IMG/VR virus record: IMGVR_UViG_3300027533_000076
Coordinates: 1 to 27,205 of that record
From: a virus
Taxonomy: Duplodnaviria > Caudoviricetes
Strand: one strand, 5' to 3'
DNA: 27,205 nucleotides
The notes under the pieces are model-generated. The model had not been told where the DNA came from. It searched no databases and saw only the letters and a program-made list of their open reading frames with translations. Both the position numbers and the translations under genes were made by a program. This document shows positions 17,994 to 24,525 of this stretch, piece by piece (position 1 is the first letter of the stretch; the number at the start of each line of letters is the position of its first letter).

Positions 17994-18522
17994 GGAGTTC
18001 TTTTTACTAGGCCTGTTCATGGCGCTTACCCCGGTGGCGTCAATCGCGGTACATGCTTTCTTGGTACGACACGCAGCCAAAGCTCGCGCTCTAGTCGCCA
18101 ATCGCCCGCCAAATTCACCAGAGCATATCATGGCCAACGACGCACTCACGTCGAGTGTGTTCTGGTTGGTCGTGACGTTAGCTTCGTTGGGTGTCGGTGT
18201 GATCTTCGTTGTAGCCTTGGTGACTTCACCTATCGCACCGGGTGTGCGCGCTCCTGTGGGTGTGTTGGCGTGGGCGTTGATAGCTATCCTCATGACGGTG
18301 TCCTTGGTTGCATTGTTCGCCGGGTTGGTCGCTTGGGTGAACTTGCGGCGCCTCGACCACGCTATGTTCCAAATGCGGACGAACTGCACAGAGACGACGT
18401 TCGAAGGTTGCCCCTTCATAACCGAAGAACGCTTGACTACGCTGCGTGAAAAAGCAGCCGCAGTCACCATCGAAATCGAGACCATCCAGTCTGAAATGAC
18501 CGCACATTTGGAGGGGAAATGA
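17983..18522 (+). CDS. Three-TM membrane protein (lysis region)
   Basis: Three long hydrophobic segments and a soluble C-terminal helix; ATGA overlap with the next gene. Confidence 0.65.
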   Translation: MTREEFFLLGLFMALTPVASIAVHAFLVRHAAKARALVANRPPNSPEHIMANDALTSSVFWLVVTLASLGVGVIFVVALVTSPIAPGVRAPVGVLAWALIAILMTVSLVALFAGLVAWVNLRRLDHAMFQMRTNCTETTFEGCPFITEERLTTLREKAAAVTIEIETIQSEMTAHLEGK

Positions 18523-19448
18523 CACGACTGTCGGTGTGGCTGTCACCGTGGGAACACTACGAATCCGTAGAACAAATCGTAGAAGCCTTGGCGAACGTAC
18601 ATCTACCAGGCCACACGACTGAAGTCCTGATTCCCACAGTGTACGACGATACGCCTCAATATTGGCTGCGTAACAACCTAGGCCCCGGTCTAAAGGTATC
18701 CAACCCAGACTCGGCTGCAGGCCTGCGCCAACAGTTCCGTGACCTCGGCTTGGAATGTGGGGGATGGTCGGTCCCACGCGGAACTGGTAACGCAGGTTCT
18801 GAAGGAGCCATACACGGTGCGTTCGCTGCGCAATTCGATCACTTCAATCTCAACTGGGAGGAGGGTTGGCAAGACTTCTGGGCACGTGAAGGTGCAGCGC
18901 CTGTGAACCAGTTCCTTCAGGGATACTGGGGTGAAGTCGAAGCTCGAGGCCGCACACTAGACGTCCTCACAGGGATCACGTTCGTGCCCAACACAGCGAT
19001 GCTAGGCGCTGCTACCCCACAGGAGACTGCTGCGTGGGTGGGTGGCTCTGAGTACGTCGCTATCGAAACGTATTTGCCAGGTGATCCTGGTCTGGACCCT
19101 GCCAAGGGTCGCGTACGTATGGGACACGAGCTCGAGCAGGCCGGTTATCCTGACTTCCCAGTCGTCAACATGCTGGAGCATGGTGACCTACCTGCGTTGG
19201 CAGCCCAGTTCACACACCCCGTGTACGGTATCCACATATGGACCATAGGAGCTGCCATAGCGCACACGTGGCCCATCGAAGAACCGCCCCCAGAGCCCGT
19301 CACACCACCTGAAGTGGATGATGTGCTCCAAGCGTTGGCGTACATCGCCAACGACGTTACAGGTCCTCTACGCGACCATCCCGACCCTGCGGTCAGCTCA
19401 GCTGCGGCTGAGGTCGACCGCGTAGCCCAACAGTACGGAGCTATCTAA
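18519..19448 (+). CDS. Putative endolysin, divergent glycoside-hydrolase-like TIM barrel
   Basis: Largest soluble ORF among the holin-like genes; alternating beta/alpha pattern; FDHFNLNWEE resembles GH18/GH25 acidic motifs; Pro linker and helical C-terminus; RBS GGAGG. Confidence 0.45.
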   Translation: MTRLSVWLSPWEHYESVEQIVEALANVHLPGHTTEVLIPTVYDDTPQYWLRNNLGPGLKVSNPDSAAGLRQQFRDLGLECGGWSVPRGTGNAGSEGAIHGAFAAQFDHFNLNWEEGWQDFWAREGAAPVNQFLQGYWGEVEARGRTLDVLTGITFVPNTAMLGAATPQETAAWVGGSEYVAIETYLPGDPGLDPAKGRVRMGHELEQAGYPDFPVVNMLEHGDLPALAAQFTHPVYGIHIWTIGAAIAHTWPIEEPPPEPVTPPEVDDVLQALAYIANDVTGPLRDHPDPAVSSAAAEVDRVAQQYGAI

Positions 19449-19588
19449 TGATTAAGTTACTTGCTGTCGTCGCAGCGATTGTCTTGTTCGCTATCGCTGC
19501 ATTCGTCACTACACCCGTCCAGATGAAACTCATAGCAGGTGGTCTGGCAGCCTTGAGCATAGCTCATCTGGACTTAGCGTTGCCATGA
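19448..19588 (+). CDS. Small 2-TM membrane protein (46 aa, not in ORF track)
   Basis: MIKLLAVVAAIVLFAIAAFVTTPVQMKLIAGGLAALSIAHLDLALP*; TAATG and ATGA coupling on either side. Confidence 0.7.
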   Translation: MIKLLAVVAAIVLFAIAAFVTTPVQMKLIAGGLAALSIAHLDLALP

Positions 19589-19842
19589 CAGACGCCCAAC
19601 GCCGTGCGATTCGGGGCCTCGCACAGGTCACCTTTGTAGCGGCGCTGATTCAACTGTACAACGCGTTCGCACCCAATGACTTGACAGCTGACCAAGTGAC
19701 AGCTGTCATGGTCATTGCTACTCCACTAACGGCGTTCGTCCAGAACTTCTTCGAGGACCGCGGCACTATCCCATCGGTCCTCAAATCCCCAGCGTCCAGC
19801 GGGGCTGATCCGATGCCCAAGGACGGTGGGACCGTTACCTAG
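19585..19842 (+). CDS. Holin-like protein
   Basis: RRAIRGLAQ N-terminus, two hydrophobic helices, and VQNFFED plus a charged tail. Confidence 0.6.
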   Translation: MTDAQRRAIRGLAQVTFVAALIQLYNAFAPNDLTADQVTAVMVIATPLTAFVQNFFEDRGTIPSVLKSPASSGADPMPKDGGTVT

Positions 19843-19847
19843 GCGCG

Positions 19848-20267
19848 CTACGCAGCCGGGAAGTGGACCGACGATAGGTCCATCCATGCGTTGGAGCCCA
19901 TGTACGGTACGATCTCCCCAGTGGGGAACGCGAGCACTCCGCCTAGAGTGTTGTTGGACATAGTAGGTATGTGAATGTACTGGAAGGACGGGGGCCACGG
20001 CTTGTATCGGTACCCGACAGGTAGCGTGAACGCCCCCGCTCCCAGTACTCCACTGCGTATCAACCCACGCAAGAACACTCGACCACTAGAATCCCTAGCG
20101 TACGCAGCTTCAGCGAATCCAGACCCGTAGTTCGCCCACCCGTTGTCGAACACCGTAACCGGGACCCACGCTAGCGGCCTGGCTTCTCGAGTCTCGAGCG
20201 CGTGGATACGATCCACCAACCCGCGTACGATCTTGTCGAGGTCCGACACTTCTACGTACTGGGCCAT
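19848..20267 (-). CDS. Small tail-associated protein (coiled coil + fibre-tip-like domain)
   Basis: RIHALET coiled coil, then W......NGW.NY...AAY.RD..GRVFLRGLI..G....FTLP.GYR, a recurring tail fibre/minor tail domain pattern. Confidence 0.7.
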   Translation of the reverse strand: MAQYVEVSDLDKIVRGLVDRIHALETREARPLAWVPVTVFDNGWANYGSGFAEAAYARDSSGRVFLRGLIRSGVLGAGAFTLPVGYRYKPWPPSFQYIHIPTMSNNTLGGVLAFPTGEIVPYMGSNAWMDLSSVHFPAA

Positions 20268-21412
20268 TAGTTCTCTTCCTCGCCCTCGAAGTGGATTCGT
20301 ATGTTCTCAGTGCCGTCTGACACGGTAATTTCCACGCCTATGATCTTGCGTGGTTGTTCAGCCCCTAAGAACTTCCCCAATATCAAATCGCCCATGAAGT
20401 ACTCACGGCCGTAGACCGTACCAGGACTGGCTACCACCTGGAAGCTCATGTGGTTATCGGGGCCGTGTTCCAGTAGGTGAGCATCCCCCAACGCTTGTAG
20501 TCCTGGGATGGTGGCCTCGGTACGCGCATCGTGGGTGTACTCGATACGGTTCCAAGGCGATGCATTGAGACCGAATGGAGCGGTACGTTCGACGAACGTA
20601 CGCCCCACGCCTTCGCCTTGACCTAGCACGTACACGGCCGTGACTTCTTCCATACGGGATTCGGTCAAGTAAGGGGCTGACATGTTGGCATGCTCCAAAC
20701 TAAATACGACCGGAGCTGCAGGGCCCGCGCCAGTTTTATCCTGGCCCTTTCGAGGCCAATAAGTGTGGAAGGCGAACAACAACGCTCCCGACGGAGCTGA
20801 CCACGTTACATCGAAGTCCACTGATTTCGCTGCACCGATCTCCTGCACAATAGCCAACAGGTTTTTGTAGGCACGCCGCCCTTCCCACACGGGAGCCAAG
20901 CCGAAGTTGGCATCCACTGAAACCGTGTTGAGGTTCCCGTCGGCCATACGTCCGTTAGCAACCGTTGCGTTGGGTCCGATGTTCTCGCGTACGTACTGCT
21001 TCATGGCGTCGTCGCCAGTCCCGATCTGGTATTCTCCTTCGACACCACGTACCAACGACAGGTCACCCGGGCGCCACAGTATGTGGCGACGCTTGATAAG
21101 CGCTTCCAAGCTGCGACCGTAGGATGAGAACAGAACTCGTCCACGGTCCGTAACCTGTTGGACTCCGGTACGATGGAAGGCTACGTAGTCTTCAGTCCAT
21201 GGTACGCCTTCAGCCTCGTCACGTCGTAGGACTTGGATCAACGTATCTAGCTGGAACAACTCTCGTTTGGGATCGTCACCGTCGATCGAGAACGTGTGGT
21301 ACCCGTAGTCATTCAGGCGTTTGTAGTAATACAGCGAATTCCAATCGTCGAAGATCGCTGTCAGCGCTCCAGTGGTACGGTCGTACAACCGTACCTGGTA
21401 TGCGTGGCTCAT
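20267..21412 (-). CDS. Siphovirus baseplate hub protein (ReqiPepy6 Gp37-like / Tal-type)
   Basis: YKRLNDYGYHTFSI, VVFSLEHANM, TAVYVLGQGEGVGR, NRIE...DAR, YGREYFMGD and IGVEITVS are patterns characteristic of this family. Confidence 0.8.
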   Translation of the reverse strand: MSHAYQVRLYDRTTGALTAIFDDWNSLYYYKRLNDYGYHTFSIDGDDPKRELFQLDTLIQVLRRDEAEGVPWTEDYVAFHRTGVQQVTDRGRVLFSSYGRSLEALIKRRHILWRPGDLSLVRGVEGEYQIGTGDDAMKQYVRENIGPNATVANGRMADGNLNTVSVDANFGLAPVWEGRRAYKNLLAIVQEIGAAKSVDFDVTWSAPSGALLFAFHTYWPRKGQDKTGAGPAAPVVFSLEHANMSAPYLTESRMEEVTAVYVLGQGEGVGRTFVERTAPFGLNASPWNRIEYTHDARTEATIPGLQALGDAHLLEHGPDNHMSFQVVASPGTVYGREYFMGDLILGKFLGAEQPRKIIGVEITVSDGTENIRIHFEGEEEN

Positions 21413-21570
21413 CTACCCGCCTTCACTAGCTGGCGGCAGGGCCCACACAAGTAAGCACGTCCGTCCACGTGGCCTTCCGCCCTATGGGCGGGCGTCCATT
21501 CGGGTGGCACGGTTGTGTAGCGGAGCGCCGGTAGTTTGTATTCTTTACCGCAATTCTCGCACGTGTCCAT
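21409..21570 (-). CDS. Small Zn-finger protein (53 aa)
   Basis: MDTCENCG...LCGPC; TAATG and ATGA coupling. Confidence 0.6.
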   Translation of the reverse strand: MDTCENCGKEYKLPALRYTTVPPEWTPAHRAEGHVDGRAYLCGPCRQLVKAGR

Positions 21571-21752
21571 TAGGGAAAAACCTCCTCCCCCACCCATATT
21601 TCTAAGGGTGGGTCGCCCAAGCAGTCGTCGAAGGGCTTATACACGTGTATGTCTGTGACGCAAGCTGCCAAAATTTCTCGAATTCGATCCATGTGATTCC
21701 ATGCAGGATCGTCGCTATCCTCGTCGATGCGAGCGACTATGGTGTATTCCAC
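21570..21752 (-). CDS. Hypothetical protein
   Basis: Track ORF 21570..21788; GTG at 21752 has GGAGG upstream and is preferred over the ATG inside the palindrome. Confidence 0.5.
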   Translation of the reverse strand: MEYTIVARIDEDSDDPAWNHMDRIREILAACVTDIHVYKPFDDCLGDPPLEIWVGEEVFP

Positions 21753-21776
21753 CAGGTCTAGCCTCCAGCTACGGTT

Positions 21777-21800
21777 GAGCTTTTCCATTTGGAAAAGCTC
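21777..21800. repeat. Palindrome copy 3, extended to 24 bp (GAGCTTTTCCATTTGGAAAAGCTC)
   Basis: 11-bp perfect arms; abuts the stop codon of the ABC-GNAT gene. Confidence 0.88.
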
Positions 21801-22962
21801 ACCCTAACAGAGCTCGAGCCACGTCACGATCCATAGCGGGGCCAATGTACTCGAACCCCGCGCTCAACCGGTCGATGGCGATAGAAGCTCCGAACTTACG
21901 ATCGCGACTCATCATACCACCTCCAGCGGTACGACCAGGGGTGCGATGCATTCTCCATAGTGGAGAGCGCGCACGCGTGCGTACCAGCCCTGGATGGGCG
22001 GCCGTAGACATTGCACGAAAACCGAGTGATTTCCACATGGAAGCAATATGCCGGGAGAGAGCGTTCCCGATACCAACCCCTTGATAGTCAGGCAAAGCGA
22101 CGACGCGGTGCTCCCTTCGAAGATTGTGAATCTGGCCATGAGGCTGGGGCAACCACGCGTCGAAAGCGACGGGGATTCCTCGCCACATGGCGACAAAGCA
22201 AAAAGCGGCATGGTTGAGTTCCGCGCTCAAATAGTGATGGTGCTTGAAGAGCTTCCAAGCCGAATGATGGACGCGGAAGACTTCGAGCTCAATTTGTGGT
22301 CGGGGTCGAACCGACCTCCAGGTGAACTCGTTGGTGACTGGGGTGTAGGTCCAGTCTGGTTGGAGCCATTCCTCTACGTCATAGTGGCAAGTCACTGCCA
22401 CGAGTTGGACCTGCTCCTTGTATGCTCGCACAGCCCGAGCAACCGCACACGAACCAATCTGCGCGACGGTACGGTCCACGACTGAGGTAAACTCGTCGAG
22501 TACCAGGAGTTTTCGGCTCGGTGTCCCGGGCTCTGCCCCCTGGCCTGTGTGACCCGAAAGGGCATCCGCGAGGGCACGTGCGACGGTTACTCGGAATTGT
22601 TCTCCAGTACTAAGTACATGATATGGACGCACCCACGCAGGCGGAGAGGAGAATCCAACAGAGTTGAGAACTTCCACGATTGCCCGCACTGGCATACCAG
22701 CTGGGAACGAATCAAGGACCGATCTAGATACATCCCATCCGTAGGTAGTTCCAATGTGTATAGGCCAGAGAGCGCGTGCCACGGTGGTCTTCCCCGACCC
22801 CGACGGTCCGACGATGAGTCCAATGTCCCACTCCTTCTCCTCGAGCGGCAGCTCCACGTCCCATTCTAGGCGAGTACGTTGGGACGCAGGCACGTCGAAG
22901 ATGCCTTCCATCTGCATGACGCGTGCGGTACGCACGACGTCTGATTCGACGGTGACTTTCAC
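21799..22962 (-). CDS. ABC-type ATPase fused to GNAT-family acyltransferase
   Basis: Walker A GPSGSGKT, signature LSTGE, Walker B LLVLDEF, H-loop VTCH; C-terminal acyl-CoA-binding motif RVVALPDYQGVGIG. Confidence 0.85.
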   Translation of the reverse strand: MKVTVESDVVRTARVMQMEGIFDVPASQRTRLEWDVELPLEEKEWDIGLIVGPSGSGKTTVARALWPIHIGTTYGWDVSRSVLDSFPAGMPVRAIVEVLNSVGFSSPPAWVRPYHVLSTGEQFRVTVARALADALSGHTGQGAEPGTPSRKLLVLDEFTSVVDRTVAQIGSCAVARAVRAYKEQVQLVAVTCHYDVEEWLQPDWTYTPVTNEFTWRSVRPRPQIELEVFRVHHSAWKLFKHHHYLSAELNHAAFCFVAMWRGIPVAFDAWLPQPHGQIHNLRREHRVVALPDYQGVGIGNALSRHIASMWKSLGFRAMSTAAHPGLVRTRARSPLWRMHRTPGRTAGGGMMSRDRKFGASIAIDRLSAGFEYIGPAMDRDVARALLG

Positions 22963-23666
22963 GACATGATCGCCTTGATGGTGGTGCCATCCCAGCTAGC
23001 GAAGTCTTCTTCGGCCAGAATCCCGAGGATCATGGATTGGGTGTCCTCGTTTGGGCACGTTATCACGATCAGGAACTTGCGTTCGATCTCGTCGGATTGG
23101 TCGCCACTAGTGTAGCCCTTCGACGTGTGGTCACGCAGCGCCTTCTCAGCTGGGATGATCGTGCGTTCGACAGCACCACCATACACTGCGGGGTAGGTCT
23201 TCCCATCCTTGCCGATGGTCTGGAGCTGGTCGAGGGTTTCGCGTACATCGTCAGGGACTTCCTCGAGCTTGCGCCATACGGTTCCGACTCCGACGTTAGC
23301 CACTCGAGCGATGGCTTGGAGCGTCATGTTGAAAGGGGGTTGGCGCAAGCGTGCGAACAGTGACGCCTTCTGTTCACCAGTCAAATGGCGACGCTTGAGG
23401 TTCAGGGCGAGCACGTAGTCTCGCTTGGCCTCTTCGTTCTCGAAGTGCATGATCTTCTGGTCATACATCGGCACGTCGTACCCCTCGTCGAGGAGTTCAT
23501 CGTACGCACGCAAGCGATGGTGGCCATCAAGTATGTTGCCGTCACCATCGAACTCAATGGCTACGGCGACGCCGCGATCCTTGATATCCTCCTTCAGCGC
23601 GAGGAACTCCTCGTTGCTGAGCGGTGGCATCAACTGATACGGAGCGGTCGTCGATGTATCAGGCAT
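22959..23666 (-). CDS. ParB-like protein (ParB N-terminal domain + HTH)
   Basis: ILDGHHRLRA (GxxRxxA), NLKRRHLT, HTH TLQAIARVANVGVGTVWRKL, and GKDGKTYP motif. Confidence 0.85.
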   Translation of the reverse strand: MPDTSTTAPYQLMPPLSNEEFLALKEDIKDRGVAVAIEFDGDGNILDGHHRLRAYDELLDEGYDVPMYDQKIMHFENEEAKRDYVLALNLKRRHLTGEQKASLFARLRQPPFNMTLQAIARVANVGVGTVWRKLEEVPDDVRETLDQLQTIGKDGKTYPAVYGGAVERTIIPAEKALRDHTSKGYTSGDQSDEIERKFLIVITCPNEDTQSMILGILAEEDFASWDGTTIKAIMS

Positions 23667-23859
23667 GTTCTTGCTCCAGAATGGGTTTCCAGTATGTCAT
23701 AAGGATCATCATGTCAGTGTTGTTGTGCACTATCATCGCTGCTATGGTATCGAGGTTGAACCCTACTGCGAGGGCTCGGTCGATGATAGCGTCAGCTTGT
23801 GGGCGCCAGTATTCGTCGATGAGCAACTCCTTTATGGACGTACGTTTATCGAGTGTCAA
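23659..23859 (-). CDS. Hypothetical protein
   Basis: Track ORF 23659..23892; the TTG at 23859 overlaps the upstream TGA and is the likely start. Confidence 0.5.
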   Translation of the reverse strand: MTLDKRTSIKELLIDEYWRPQADAIIDRALAVGFNLDTIAAMIVHNNTDMMILMTYWKPILEQEHA

Positions 23860-24002
23860 TCGGGTAGCTCGAAATGCATGCGATGGCCGCACACGTCGCA
23901 GTCATAGACTTCACAGGTACCTTCGTCGTGGTCTACGTCTTTGACGTAGTGCATTGGCCCACCACAGCGATTGCATTTGGGGGTGGTGTCGTCATCTGGC
24001 AT
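23856..24002 (-). CDS. Small Zn-ribbon protein (48 aa, not in ORF track)
   Basis: MPDDDTTPKCNRCGGPMHYVKDVDHDEGTCEVYDCDVCGHRMHFELPD*; CxxC...CxxC; GAGG upstream. Confidence 0.65.
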   Translation of the reverse strand: MPDDDTTPKCNRCGGPMHYVKDVDHDEGTCEVYDCDVCGHRMHFELPD

Positions 24003-24525
24003 CAGGCCTCAATTCCTCGAAGCACAGTAGGTGTGCTAGTGCATCGACTTCGTGGCGAGTGTGAGCTTGGCCTTTCAACATGCGTTCAGCCAGCTCGAGC
24101 CAAGGGTAGCGTTTGCTAGGGCTGTGGGCGAACCCGCGTACGCCCAAAGCATAGCACACTGCCTTGATCCCACCCACCAATTCTATCGTATAGATCATGT
24201 ACTTGTCAACCCTTCCTCCCGTGCTAAATATTTCGAACACGCAAAAGTCGGGAGTATTGGGTGGGGTGAAGAGGTCCCAGAGGTCTGCGGGGTCTGTGAG
24301 GGTGTTCGTGAGCCATCGCCCGTCCGGGAACCTTGCAGCCACTCCACTAGCGCCTCCTGGATCAATAGCAAGGACTGTGGCTCCAGGTACTGGACTGGGG
24401 GTGGCTCGTTGTGCAACCTTTGCAATGAGGGCTTCATTCTTGAGTGTCGGCTTTCTAGCGTCGGCTGGTTCACGGACGGGGGGGCGCTTCGCGCGGGGGC
24501 GAGTCGAGGTTTTAGTGAGTGGCAT
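23992..24525 (-). CDS. RuvC-like Holliday junction resolvase
   Basis: VLAIDPGGASGVA, CVFE and HEVDALAH give the RNase H-fold acidic residues; adjacent to the polymerase; start uncertain. Confidence 0.75.
   Translation of the reverse strand: MPLTKTSTRPRAKRPPVREPADARKPTLKNEALIAKVAQRATPSPVPGATVLAIDPGGASGVAARFPDGRWLTNTLTDPADLWDLFTPPNTPDFCVFEIFSTGGRVDKYMIYTIELVGGIKAVCYALGVRGFAHSPSKRYPWLELAERMLKGQAHTRHEVDALAHLLCFEELRPDAR

Noticed and set aside
16587-20267. Diversity-generating retroelement or invertible tail-fibre cassette
   Set aside because: No reverse transcriptase, TR/VR-like repeat pair, recombinase or flanking inverted repeats were seen.
1195-21800. Palindromes as CRISPR repeats, terminators or IS ends
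   Set aside because: They are kilobases apart with no spacers; the 2-nt loop and AT-rich stem make a poor terminator; no transposase, integrase or invertase is seen in the window.
21799-22962. ABC transporter
   Set aside because: No membrane permease or binding protein is adjacent, and the ATPase is fused to a GNAT domain.
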